Shown here one piece after another: positions 12,195 to 22,400 of a stretch of DNA of 64,000 nucleotides. The number at the start of each line of letters is the position of its first letter. The stretch's first letter is position 1. Source of the stretch: Candidatus Palauibacter sp. (GTDB taxonomy: Bacteria > Gemmatimonadota > Gemmatimonadetes > Palauibacterales > Palauibacteraceae); contig NZ_OZ250143.1 in the NCBI RefSeq assembly GCF_965237495.1, positions 298,734 to 362,733 of the forward strand, read 5' to 3'. A program made the translations under genes and the position numbers. The notes beneath the pieces are model-generated. The model made no database searches. It saw only the letters and a list, made by a program, of their open reading frames with translations, and was not told the origin of the DNA.

Positions 12195-13492
12195 GCCCGC
12201 AGACTCCGCTGAACCCGCTGAACCCGCGCGCGGCGGCCCACCGGATCCTGGCCGATGTGAGGGTCGGCACCCTGTCCGATCTCGCGGCCTCGCGCATCCT
12301 CCCCGGCGTGGACCTCGTGGACCGCGGCCTGGCCCTGGACATCGCGTTCGGCTGCCTGCGGCTGCGCGCGCGCCTGGATGTCTGGATCGAGGCCTTCGCG
12401 GACCGGCCGCTCCGCCGGATCGACCCGACCGTGCGGGACTGGCTGCGGATCGGGGTCTACCAGCTGACGGAGTTGCGGACGCCGGATCACGCCGCGGTCG
12501 GCGAGACGGTGCGAGCGGCGCGGGCCGGGGTGGGGCGGAAGCGGGTCGGGTACGTGAACGCCGTGCTGCGGGCCGTGGCCAGGGGGCGGGACGGCGCCGA
12601 TCCGTTCCCCGCGCCCGACGCGGATCCGGTCGCGCACCTGTGTTCGTGGGGTTCGCACCCCGAGTGGCTCCTGCGGCGCTGGCTCGCGCGCTGGCCGCTG
12701 GCCGACGTGCGGCGGCTCGTCGAACGGCAGAACCGTCCCCCGGACGTCGTGCTGCGGATGCTGGACGGCGACGACCCCGCGCCGCCGGAGGGCGTCCGGC
12801 TCGCGCCCGTGCCCGGCTGGCCGCGCTCCTTCACGCTCGCGGAGGGCGCCCCCGCGGCGGCGCTCGCAGGGCTCCGCGCCGTGGTGCAGGACCCTGCGGC
12901 CTCCTCGGTGGTAGATTATGTCGGTCGTCGGCCCGCCGGACCCGTGCTGGACGTGTGCGCGGCGCCGGGCACGAAGGCCGTGGGGCTCGCGGCGGCATAC
13001 GGCGTGCCGGTCGTGGCGCTCGACGTCTCGCGGGGGCGGCTCGCCCGCCTCGCCGCGCCGGCCCGGCGGCTGAAGCTGCCGGTGAGCGCGGCCGTCGCCG
13101 ACGCGCGCCGGCTTCCGGTCGCCGAGGCCGGGACCGTGCTGGCCGACGTGCCCTGCACGGGCACCGGGGTCCTGCGGCGGCGGGCCGACGCCCGCTGGCG
13201 GCTCAACGAGCGCGGCCTCGGCGCCCTCGTGGCGCTGCAGCGCGAGATCATGGACGCTTGCGCCGATGCCGTACGGCCGGGCGGCCTTCTGGTCTACAGC
13301 ACATGTTCGCTCGAACGCGAGGAGAACGAAGGACAGGTGGATGCCTTCCTCGAGCGCAGGCCCGACTACCGGCGCGAACCGCCGGACGCGGTCCCCGATG
13401 GCTGCGTGACCCCGCGCGGCGACCTCTTCGTCCGCCCCTGGGTCACCGACACCGACGGCGCCTACGCGGCGCGGCTGCGGAGGGTCGCGTGA
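12191..13492 (+). CDS. rsmB: 16S rRNA m5C967 methyltransferase RsmB (NusB-like domain + methyltransferase)
   Basis: [50 protein letters not shown]. Confidence 0.92.
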   Translation: MSPQTPLNPLNPRAAAHRILADVRVGTLSDLAASRILPGVDLVDRGLALDIAFGCLRLRARLDVWIEAFADRPLRRIDPTVRDWLRIGVYQLTELRTPDHAAVGETVRAARAGVGRKRVGYVNAVLRAVARGRDGADPFPAPDADPVAHLCSWGSHPEWLLRRWLARWPLADVRRLVERQNRPPDVVLRMLDGDDPAPPEGVRLAPVPGWPRSFTLAEGAPAAALAGLRAVVQDPAASSVVDYVGRRPAGPVLDVCAAPGTKAVGLAAAYGVPVVALDVSRGRLARLAAPARRLKLPVSAAVADARRLPVAEAGTVLADVPCTGTGVLRRRADARWRLNERGLGALVALQREIMDACADAVRPGGLLVYSTCSLEREENEGQVDAFLERRPDYRREPPDAVPDGCVTPRGDLFVRPWVTDTDGAYAARLRRVA

Positions 13493-14286
13493 AGTTCCTC
13501 CGCGCCCTCCTCCTCACCGCCGTCATGTTCGGCCTCGGCTACACCGCGGCCGCGCGCTGGCTCTTCCCCGCGGCGGCGGACCCCACCGACGTCGACTTCA
13601 CCGAGGTGCCCGATCTCACCGGCACCCCGCTCGCGGAGGCGGAGCAGCAACTCGCAGCCCTCGGCTTCGCCGCCCTCGAGCGCGGCCGCCTCAGTCACGC
13701 CGGCATCGCGGCCGGGGCCGTTGTCGCCCAGAACCCGCTCCCGGGCCAGACCACCCAGACCGGCGACACGGTCTTCCTCGCGACGAGCGCCGGCGTCGAG
13801 ACCCGCGTCGTCCCCGATCTCGGCGGACTCCCGACCGCCGACGCGGCGACGCTGCTCACCCGACTCGGGTTCGAGATCGACATCGAGGCTGTGGAGGGTG
13901 CCCCGGCGGCCGGCGCGATCCGCACCGAACCCGAAGCCGGCGCCCGCCTCACGCTGCCCGCCTCGGTTCGGCTCTTCGTGAGCCGGGGAAGGGCGATCGT
14001 CACCGTCCCCGACCTGCGCGGCCGCCACGTCGACGACCTCGAGGCCCTCCTGGAGGAGGTGGAACTGCGCCTCGGCGCGGTCCGCTACCAGGCCGACGCG
14101 CGCGACGTGCAGGGCCGCGTCGTGTTTCAGAGTCCGGAGTCCGGCTCCCCCCTGCGCGGAGACGGCCTCGTCTCGGTGATCGTGGCCGGGACGCCGCCCG
14201 ACACGCCGCCCGACACGCCGCCCGATACCGTCTCCAGGATGGAGAGACAGGATGGAGAGATAGGATGGACCTTCAGGGACTGCTGA
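13489..14286 (+). CDS. PASTA domain-containing membrane protein (three repeats)
   Basis: N-terminal TM segment, three VPDL.G repeats with V..Q.P motifs. Confidence 0.88.
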   Translation: MKFLRALLLTAVMFGLGYTAAARWLFPAAADPTDVDFTEVPDLTGTPLAEAEQQLAALGFAALERGRLSHAGIAAGAVVAQNPLPGQTTQTGDTVFLATSAGVETRVVPDLGGLPTADAATLLTRLGFEIDIEAVEGAPAAGAIRTEPEAGARLTLPASVRLFVSRGRAIVTVPDLRGRHVDDLEALLEEVELRLGAVRYQADARDVQGRVVFQSPESGSPLRGDGLVSVIVAGTPPDTPPDTPPDTVSRMERQDGEIGWTFRDC

Positions 14287-15230
14287 CCCGGAACTGGCCC
14301 TACAAGGCGGCCGCGCTCGTGCTCTCGATCCTCCTCTGGCTGCGCGTGTCGGCCGACGCCCAACTCGCCGAACAGGCCGTGCCCACCCTCCTCGAGATCC
14401 AGGTGAGCGATTCCGCCTGGAGTCTGCGTGAGGTCCTCCCCTCGGAGGTCATGACCACGTTCCGCGGCGGGAGGAACGAAGTCTTCGCCACGCGCTTCGA
14501 GGAAAACAGGATCCGCAAGGTCATCGACCAGGTGGAAGACAGCGTGGTGAGCGTCGAGCTTTCGCCGTCCGAGGTCATCTACAACCGCGAACTCGGCGTC
14601 GAACCCGTGGCCGTGAGCCCCGCCGTCGTCTCCGTCCGGCTCGAAGAGCGGGTGGGGAAGTGGGTCGCCGTCGCCGGGAGGACGGACGCGCGGGCGGCGC
14701 CGGGCGCCTTCGTCGTCGGCATGCGGCTCGCGCCCGACAGCGTGTGGCTGCAGGGGCCCGCCTCGTTCGTGAACCGCGTCTCCGAGGTCACGACCGAGCT
14801 TCTCCGAGTCGGCGCGGTGTCGAGACCGGTGACCCAGCAACTGGGCATCGCGCTGCCGCCCGATCTCTCGGGACTCTCCGTCGAGCCGGCCACCGTGATC
14901 GGCACCGTCGAGGTCGACTCCCTCGTCACCCGCCGGTTCGAGGCCCCGGTCTCCGCCACGGGCCTGGGGGTGGGCTCCGGAGCGGGGACAGTGTCGCTCG
15001 AACCGGCCACCGTCACGGCCGCCGTCTCCGGCCCGGCCGCCGTCGTGGACGGACTCGACCCCGCCGACCTCACCCTGACGGTCGAGATCCCCGCCTTCTT
15101 CGAGGGCGCGGCTTCCTTCCCCGTGCGCGTCCGGCTGCCCGAGGATGTGGCCGCCACGGTGACGATCGACCTCTCGCCGGAGCGCGTGTCCGCCGGCTCC
15201 GGCCCCGGCTCTGCCCCGAGCGACCCGTAA
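14265..15230 (+). CDS. CdaR/YbbR-like protein
   Basis: N-terminal NWPYK..ALVLSILLW, repeated P..V...GP.S.V motifs. Confidence 0.8.
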   Translation: MDLQGLLTRNWPYKAAALVLSILLWLRVSADAQLAEQAVPTLLEIQVSDSAWSLREVLPSEVMTTFRGGRNEVFATRFEENRIRKVIDQVEDSVVSVELSPSEVIYNRELGVEPVAVSPAVVSVRLEERVGKWVAVAGRTDARAAPGAFVVGMRLAPDSVWLQGPASFVNRVSEVTTELLRVGAVSRPVTQQLGIALPPDLSGLSVEPATVIGTVEVDSLVTRRFEAPVSATGLGVGSGAGTVSLEPATVTAAVSGPAAVVDGLDPADLTLTVEIPAFFEGAASFPVRVRLPEDVAATVTIDLSPERVSAGSGPGSAPSDP

Positions 15231-15232
15231 AC

Positions 15233-16318
15233 GTGAGACCCACAGGCGCCGACGCGCCCGCCCTCGGGTTCCGGGACGGTCCGGTGCTCGGCATCGAGAC
15301 CTCCTGCGACGAGACCTCGGCCGCGGTCGTCGATGAGACCGGCATCCGGGCGCTGGCCATCGCCTCGCAGGACGCGCACGCCGCGTTCGGCGGCGTCGTG
15401 CCGGAGATCGCGGCGCGCGAGCACATCCGGTCGCTCGACGCGATGGTGCGGCACGCGATGCGCGAGGCGGGAGTCGGCCGCGACGAGATCGCGGGCGTCG
15501 GGGTGACGGCGGGCCCCGGTCTCGTCGGCGCCCTCCTCGTGGGGGTGAACTGGGCCAAGGCCTACGCCTTCGCCCGCGACCTCCCGCTGCTCGGCGTCCA
15601 TCACATGGAGGGACACCTGTACGGAACCGCGCTCGAGCACCCGGCGGCCCGGCCGCCGTTCATCGGCCTCCTCGTGTCGGGCGGGCACACGCTCCTCCTC
15701 GAGGCGCGGGCGTGGGGCCGCTACCGGCTCCTCGGGCAGACGCGGGACGACGCGGCGGGCGAGGCGTTCGACAAGGTGGCGCGCCGCCTGGGCCTCGCGT
15801 ATCCCGGCGGTCCCGAGATCCAGCGCGCCGCGTCGGGCGGAGATGCCGCCCGGTTCCGGTTGCCGCGTCCCATGCTGAGCGGGCGCAATGATCCGGGCGA
15901 TCGGTCGTACTACGACATGTCGTTCTCGGGCCTCAAGACGGCGGTGGCCCGCATCGCGGCGGAGCGGGAAGCCGACGGGACGCTGGAGGAGGCCGTGCCC
16001 GATCTGGCCGCCGGGTTCCAGGAGGCGGTCGTCGATGTGCTCATCGCGAAGACGCTGCGAGCCGTGGAGCAGACCGGCTGCCGCCGGGTCGTTCTGGGGG
16101 GTGGAGTGGCGCGAAACTCCCGACTGCGCAAAAGTTTATCGGAGCGCCTGGGCTCGTCCGGGGAGCTGTACGCCCCCTCGCCCCGCCTCGCGACGGACAA
16201 CGCGGCCATGATCGCCGCCGTCGCGCGTCACCGCCTGGCGAACGGCGAGCGAAGCCCGTGGTCGCTCAACGCCGAAGCGGGCCTCGCGTTTCCCGGCATG
16301 GTCCGGGACCCGGCCTGA
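15233..16318 (+). CDS. tsaD: tRNA N6-threonylcarbamoyltransferase TsaD
   Basis: LGIETSCDETSAA, GGVVPEIAAREH, HHMEGH, LLVSGGHT, DDAAGEAFDK, TDNAAMIA. Confidence 0.96.
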   Translation: MRPTGADAPALGFRDGPVLGIETSCDETSAAVVDETGIRALAIASQDAHAAFGGVVPEIAAREHIRSLDAMVRHAMREAGVGRDEIAGVGVTAGPGLVGALLVGVNWAKAYAFARDLPLLGVHHMEGHLYGTALEHPAARPPFIGLLVSGGHTLLLEARAWGRYRLLGQTRDDAAGEAFDKVARRLGLAYPGGPEIQRAASGGDAARFRLPRPMLSGRNDPGDRSYYDMSFSGLKTAVARIAAEREADGTLEEAVPDLAAGFQEAVVDVLIAKTLRAVEQTGCRRVVLGGGVARNSRLRKSLSERLGSSGELYAPSPRLATDNAAMIAAVARHRLANGERSPWSLNAEAGLAFPGMVRDPA

Positions 16319-16390
16319 TCCGCCGCCCGACCCGATCCGCCGTCCGGCCCGGCCCGGTCGGCAGCCCGTGACCCGAGGGAGTGTGCCAAC

Positions 16391-17224
16391 GTGTATCCCG
16401 AACTCTTCACCCTGAACCTGCCGCTGATCGGCGAGTTCACGCTCACGTCCTTCGGACTCCTGATGGCGCTCGCGTTTCTGTCGGGATACATGGTCCTGCG
16501 CGCGGAGACCGACCGTCTGGGCGCGGGCCGCGACCTGGCGGCCGACATGCTGATGGGAGCGCTGATCGGCGGCATCGTCGGGGCCAGGATCTACTACGTG
16601 CTCCTGAACTGGGACCGCACGGCCGTCGACCCGCTGGGGATGATCTTCTCGCGCAGCGGACTCGTCTGGTACGGCGGCTTCATCGGCGGTTTCCTCGGCG
16701 TCATGTGGGTCCTCGGCCGCCGTCCCGTCGCGCGCGGCCTCGCGGTGGACGCCGTCGCCCCCGCCCTCTCCCTCGCCTACGGGATCGGCCGCATGGGCTG
16801 CTTCCTCGTCGGCGACGACTACGGGCGACCGACCGACTCCTTCGCGGGCATGGCCTTTCCCAACGGGCTGCCGCCCTCGACCGCGGGCAACCTCCGCCGC
16901 TTCGGCTCCGAGGTGGACCCCGCGCTCCCCGACATCGAGGTCCTCGCCGTCCATCCGACGCAGCTCTACGAGACGGGGCTGTCGCTCATCATCTTCTTCA
17001 TCCTGTGGCGGCTGCGCCGGCACCCGCACGTCCAGGGGTGGCTGTTCGGCCTCTGGCTGGCGCTCGCCGCGATCGAGCGCTTCGTCGTCGAGTTCTTCCG
17101 CGTGAAGGACGACCGCTTCCTCGGGAGCTTCACGCTCGCGCAGGCGATCTCGATCATCATGTTCGCCGCGGGCGTGGCGGTGGTCGTGAGGCTGCGCCGC
17201 CGGGCGCGAGAGGCGGCCGTGTGA
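16391..17224 (+). CDS. lgt: Prolipoprotein diacylglyceryl transferase
   Basis: GARIYYV, G.VWYGG, IGR.GCF..GDDYGRPT, HPTQLYE, RF.VEFFR. Confidence 0.95.
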   Translation: MYPELFTLNLPLIGEFTLTSFGLLMALAFLSGYMVLRAETDRLGAGRDLAADMLMGALIGGIVGARIYYVLLNWDRTAVDPLGMIFSRSGLVWYGGFIGGFLGVMWVLGRRPVARGLAVDAVAPALSLAYGIGRMGCFLVGDDYGRPTDSFAGMAFPNGLPPSTAGNLRRFGSEVDPALPDIEVLAVHPTQLYETGLSLIIFFILWRLRRHPHVQGWLFGLWLALAAIERFVVEFFRVKDDRFLGSFTLAQAISIIMFAAGVAVVVRLRRRAREAAV

Positions 17225-19470
17225 ACCGCCCGGCTCTGGTCGGGCAGGCGCTCGCCGGCGGGCTGGCGCTCGCCGTCGCGCTCGCCGGGCCGCCCCCGCT
17301 CGCCGGCCAGACGCCGACCAGCGAGGAGGTGACCCGCCGCGCCGAGGTGCGCGCCCTCTACATCATCGGCAACCAGGCGCTCTCCGCCGGCCAGTTGCGC
17401 GCGGTCATCCGCACCCGCGACACCGAGTGCAAGAGCCTCCTCCTGCAGCTGCCGTTCTGCCTGCTCAGGCATGTGGGGGTGGACGTGGAGTTCGCGCAGA
17501 ACCGGGCCTACCTCGACACGCTCGCCGTGGCGGAGGACGCGATCCGGCTGCGCGGGTACTACAACCTGCGCGGCTACTACGAGGCGCAGGTCGATCGCGA
17601 GATCCGCAGCGACGGCCGCGAGGCCCGCGTCTGGTTCACGATCGACGAAGGCCCGCCGACCCTCATCGACAGCCTCATCATCCGGGGACTGCCCGAGACC
17701 CTCCCCCCGGAGCAGGCCTCCGCCTTCCTCGGCCTGGCGGAGGGAGATCCCCTCGACCGGATCCGGCTCCAGGTCGGCAAGGACAGCCTCGTGCGGATTC
17801 TCCGCCGCCAGGGGTACATCGAAGCGCTCGTGCTGGAGGGCGGCAGCCGCGTCTACGGCGGCCCCGCGCGGGTGGAGGTCGACGTGCACCCCGGCCCCCG
17901 CTTCCGCGTGGGAGAGGTTCGGATCGAAGGCGCCGAGGCCTTCGGCGAGAAGGTGGTCCGCGACCTCTTCCCCCTCGCTCCGGGGCAGTACTACAACCAG
18001 GAGGTGGAACAGGAGGGCCAGCGGAATCTCTTCGGCCTCGAGGCCGTCCGCTTCGCCTCGATCCGCCAGGAGGACCCGTCCCCGCCGGACGGCACCGGGC
18101 CGGACGGCGCCGCGCCGGGGCGCGCGGCGGCCGACTCGACGATCGACCTCGTCGTCCAGATCACGCCGGCCGCGCCGCGGGCCGCACGCGGGGGCGTGGG
18201 ATGGAGTACCGACGCCTGCGTGCAGGCCGAGTCGCAGTTCACGCACCGCAACCTCCTGGGCGGCGCCCGCCGCCTGCAGCTCACGGCCCAGCTCTCGAAC
18301 CTCTTCGCCGGGGAGCTGGGCGGCGCCTTCCCCTGCTCCGATGTCGGCACCGGCGCGGAGTTCCGGAAGCTCAACTTCCTGCTGCAGACCGAACTCATCC
18401 TCCCCGTCGTGTTCTCGGGCGAGAACAGCTTCCGGGCGCGGCTGTTCATCGAGCGCGAGACGATCCCCGACGTCTTCATTCAGGAGGCGCTGGGGGCCGA
18501 GATCGGGATCACGCGCCGCCTGAGCCGCACCATGACGGCGACCCTCTCGTACTCGCCCACCTACACCGGCTTCGGCGAGCAGTCCGCCGACATCTTCTTC
18601 TGCGTCAACTTCGGCTTCTGCGAGGTCGAGGACATCGTCACCGTGAGCCGTTCCCGGTGGCTCGCGCCCCTGACCCTCGGGTGGGTCTGGAACCGGACCG
18701 ACGACCCGCTGCGCCCGACCCGCGGCTTCTACGTCACGGCCGAGGGCGAGGTGGCGGCCCGCAGCACCGGCTCGCAGTACAAGTACCTGCGGATCGTGGG
18801 CCAGGCCGCCGGCTTCTTCGAACTCGAACCCGGCCTCGTGGTGGCCGCCCGCGCCCGCAGCGGCATTGTCCGCTTCCCCGGCACGCGGATCTTCACCGCC
18901 GGCGCGTCCCGGGCCGACCGCCTCGTCCACCCGTCGCGGCGCTTCTTCGTCGGCGGCTCGCAGAGCGTCCGCGGCTTCGGGCAGAACCTCCTCGGCCCGC
19001 GCGTGCTCGTCGCCGACGCGACCGAGGACTGTCCGGGAGGAGATTTCGAGGCCTGCGTCCAGCGGCTCGCGACCGAAGACCCCGGCGCCTTCGACCAGCG
19101 GCCGAGGGGTGGCGACGCCGGCCTCGACATCAGCCTCGAGCTGCGGAGATACCTGAGCCCCCAGTGGGGTCTCGTTTTCTTCGCCGACGCGGGCAGCGTC
19201 TCCCAGAACCTGACGGAGCTGAAGAACGTCGCGTGGACACCGGGGATGGGACTGCGGTTCACGAGCCCGATCGGTTCCATCCGGCTCGATGTGGGCTACA
19301 ATACGACGTATGCGGCCGAGGTGCCGGCGATCGTATCCCTGCAGGACGGGACCTTGATACAGATGGAGGAGCTCGTGCGATTCGACCCGTTCCGGTTCGA
19401 CGACCCGGGGCCGCTGCGCGAGATCTGGCGCCGCTTCCAGATCCACATATCGATCGGTGAGGCGTTTTGA
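17221..19470 (+). CDS. BamA/TamA family outer membrane protein (POTRA domains + Omp85 barrel)
   Basis: Signal peptide, POTRA GYY motifs, FFVGG.QSVRGF, SPIG.IRLDVGY, C-terminal SIGEAF. Confidence 0.92.
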   Translation: MNRPALVGQALAGGLALAVALAGPPPLAGQTPTSEEVTRRAEVRALYIIGNQALSAGQLRAVIRTRDTECKSLLLQLPFCLLRHVGVDVEFAQNRAYLDTLAVAEDAIRLRGYYNLRGYYEAQVDREIRSDGREARVWFTIDEGPPTLIDSLIIRGLPETLPPEQASAFLGLAEGDPLDRIRLQVGKDSLVRILRRQGYIEALVLEGGSRVYGGPARVEVDVHPGPRFRVGEVRIEGAEAFGEKVVRDLFPLAPGQYYNQEVEQEGQRNLFGLEAVRFASIRQEDPSPPDGTGPDGAAPGRAAADSTIDLVVQITPAAPRAARGGVGWSTDACVQAESQFTHRNLLGGARRLQLTAQLSNLFAGELGGAFPCSDVGTGAEFRKLNFLLQTELILPVVFSGENSFRARLFIERETIPDVFIQEALGAEIGITRRLSRTMTATLSYSPTYTGFGEQSADIFFCVNFGFCEVEDIVTVSRSRWLAPLTLGWVWNRTDDPLRPTRGFYVTAEGEVAARSTGSQYKYLRIVGQAAGFFELEPGLVVAARARSGIVRFPGTRIFTAGASRADRLVHPSRRFFVGGSQSVRGFGQNLLGPRVLVADATEDCPGGDFEACVQRLATEDPGAFDQRPRGGDAGLDISLELRRYLSPQWGLVFFADAGSVSQNLTELKNVAWTPGMGLRFTSPIGSIRLDVGYNTTYAAEVPAIVSLQDGTLIQMEELVRFDPFRFDDPGPLREIWRRFQIHISIGEAF

Positions 19471-22400
19471 GCTCCGACGAACTGCCCCCGCCCACCGAGT
19501 TGACGCCGACCGAGCCGACGCCCACCGAGCCGACGCCCGAGCCCGAGCCCGCGCGCCGGCGCCGGCGGTTCGCGCTTCCCGTGATCGTGGTCCTGGGTCT
19601 GCTCGCGCTCGTGACCGCGTACTTCGTGACCCGGACCGCGACCGGCCGCAACGCGGCGCTCTCCCTGATCGAGGAAGCCATCGCGGGAAGCGTGAACGGC
19701 GAGGTCCGGATCGGCCCCGCGCTCTCCGGCAACGTCGTCACCGGCCTCACCCTCTCCCGCATCGAGATCCTCGACGCCGATAGCGCGGTGTTTCTGGCGC
19801 TCGACACCGTCACGATCGCGTACGACCCCCTGGCGCTGCTCCGCCGGCAGTTGGAGATTCGGCGTCTCCACGCGAGCGGTCTCGACCTGCAGCTCACGCA
19901 GTACCCCGATGGCCGCTGGAACTTCGACCGTATCTTCGGCCCTGCGCCCCCGGCCGCCGACCCGGCCGCGGCGCCGGCCACGGCGTCGCTGGTCCCGGGC
20001 GCGGCCTCGCTGGCGCAGGCCGCGAGCGGCGGCGCCCTGAGCCTCCTCTTCCGCAACCTGACCGTGGCCTCCGGCCGCATCCGCATCCGCACCCCGTTTA
20101 CCGCGAGGATGAGCGGAAGCCAGCGCGCGCGCGCGCTGCGGGAGGCCCGGAGCGGCACCTCCCCGTGGGCCCTGTTCGAGACCCCCGAGGGCGAGTTCGA
20201 CAACCTGTACGAACTCTCGAACGTCCGCGGGCGCTTCCCCCTCGTGCGTCTCTCGGACTCGGCCGACCCGCTCCGGATCGAACTCGAGAACCTGAGCGGC
20301 ACGCTACTCGCCGTGCGCCAGCCGCTCCAGCTGGAACGCCTCAGCGGGAGCCTCAGGCTGGGGGACACCGCCCACATCTCCATCGAACGGTTCGAGACGG
20401 ATCGCTCCGTGGTGCGCGGGACCGGCTGGATGGCCGGGGCCGACCCCATGCAGCACCGCTTCGAACTCGAAGCCGAGCCGATCGATGTCCGGGATCTGCG
20501 CTGGATCCCGATCGACCTCCCCGAAGCCGGCGGCGGACCGATGCGGGTCGACCTCTACAGCCGCGGCGCGACCACCGTCGTCGACATCTCGAACGGCGAT
20601 TTCCGGACCGGCGAGACCCGCCTCACGGGCGGTATGGCCCTCGCCTTCGGTCTGCGCCCCAGGTTCGAGAGCCTCGATGTGCGGCTGGCCCCCTTCGACC
20701 TCGAGAGCCTGGACCGCCTGCTGGGACGCGAGTCCGCGCCCGCCGACAGTACCGCAGCCGCCGGCAGCACCGCAGCCGCCGGCAGCGAGGGGTGGGCGCG
20801 CGGCACCATCCGGGGCTCCGGCTACATGGACGACCTGAGCGTCGACGCCGATCTCACTCTCGAGGCCCCCGGGGCGGCCCCCGGGGCGGAGATCCCCTCC
20901 CGCCTGCGGGCGCGCGGGAGCGTCGCCTTCAGCCCCGCAGCCGACACCGACCCCGCAGCCGGAGCCGACGCCGGAGCCGACGCGATCAACCTGGGGCTGC
21001 GCGGGCTCGAGGTGACGCTCGAGCGGTTCGAGCCGCGCTGGACCCGGCTCCTCGGTATGGATCTGGAGGTCGGCGGACGCTTCGATGGCACCCTCACGCT
21101 GGATCGCGATGCGGGCGGGGCCGTGGACTTCGTCGGCGCGGTGGGTCACCTGTCGTCGGCGGGCGACTTCTCCCGTTTCGCGGGCGCCGGGAGGCTGGAC
21201 CTCGACGGCTCGGGCGTCGACGCGGCGCTCGACGTGAACCCCCTCTCCCTCTCCCTGCTGCGGCCGTGGGCGCCCGGCGTCGAACTCGCCGGCAGCGTGA
21301 CCGGTCCGGTCCGGGTCAGCGGGGTCCGCGAGGCCCTCGTCATCGACGCGAGCCTGGACTCCGATCTCGGCGGCCTCACGCTCGACGGGGAATTCGACCT
21401 CGCCTCCGAGGAGTTGCGCTACGACGCCCGGATCGAGGGGACCGATCTTTCCCTCAACGAGTGGATCGAGGGCGCCCCCGAGTCGCGGCTCGCCATTCGC
21501 GGACGCGTGGCGGGAGCCGGCGTCGACCCCGCGACGCTCGAGGGCGCCTTCGACTTCGACATCCTCTCCTCCGCGGTGGATCAGGCCGAGATCTTCGACA
21601 GCCGCGTCCGGTTCGACATCGCGGATGGCGTGGCCACGATCGACAGTCTCTACCTCGCCTCCGACGTGGGGACGCTGCTGGCGCGCGGCAGCCTCGGGCT
21701 CACGGAGGGGCGCGAGGGACGGCTCGACTTCGAGGCGGACGCCGCCGACCTCTCCGGCTGGGACCGCTGGTTCGTGGAAGAGATTCCGGGCGCCGCCGCG
21801 TCGGAGGCCGGCGAGCCCCTCTTCGACAGCACCGAGGCGGTGCTGGGCGGCCCCGGGAGCGGGGCTCCCGCCGAAGGGCTCGATGGCCGGCTCACGGCGC
21901 GCGGCCGGGTGACCGGCCGCTGGGGAGATCTCAAGGTCGCGGCCGACATCGAGGCCACCGGGGCGCGGTTCCGCCGCTACCAGGCCGACCACATTCAGGC
22001 CCGCGTCGAGCAGTTCGACCCGATCGGCATGGACGCCTTCGACGCACGGCTCACGGCCACCGGCGTCGAACTGAACGGCCGCCCGCTCGACTCCCTCTTC
22101 GTCCGCCTCGACCGCACGGCCCCCGAAGCCGGGGCGGGCGCCGAAGCCGGGGCGGGCGCCCGAGCCACGGGCGCCGCCTTCTACGCGCGGCGGGATTCGA
22201 GCATCGAAGCCTCCGGCCACGCCGATGTGACCGGAGGGGACGCGTGGAGCGCCGGTCTCTCCGAGTTCCGCCTCCGCCTCGGCAAGCTCGAGTCGCGGTT
22301 GGCCCGGCCCGCCCGCCTCGTGTACTCCGATTCCGGGCTCGTCGTCGACGACCTGTGGATCGAGGGCCAGCTCGGACGCCTGCGCGCCAACGGAGCGTTC

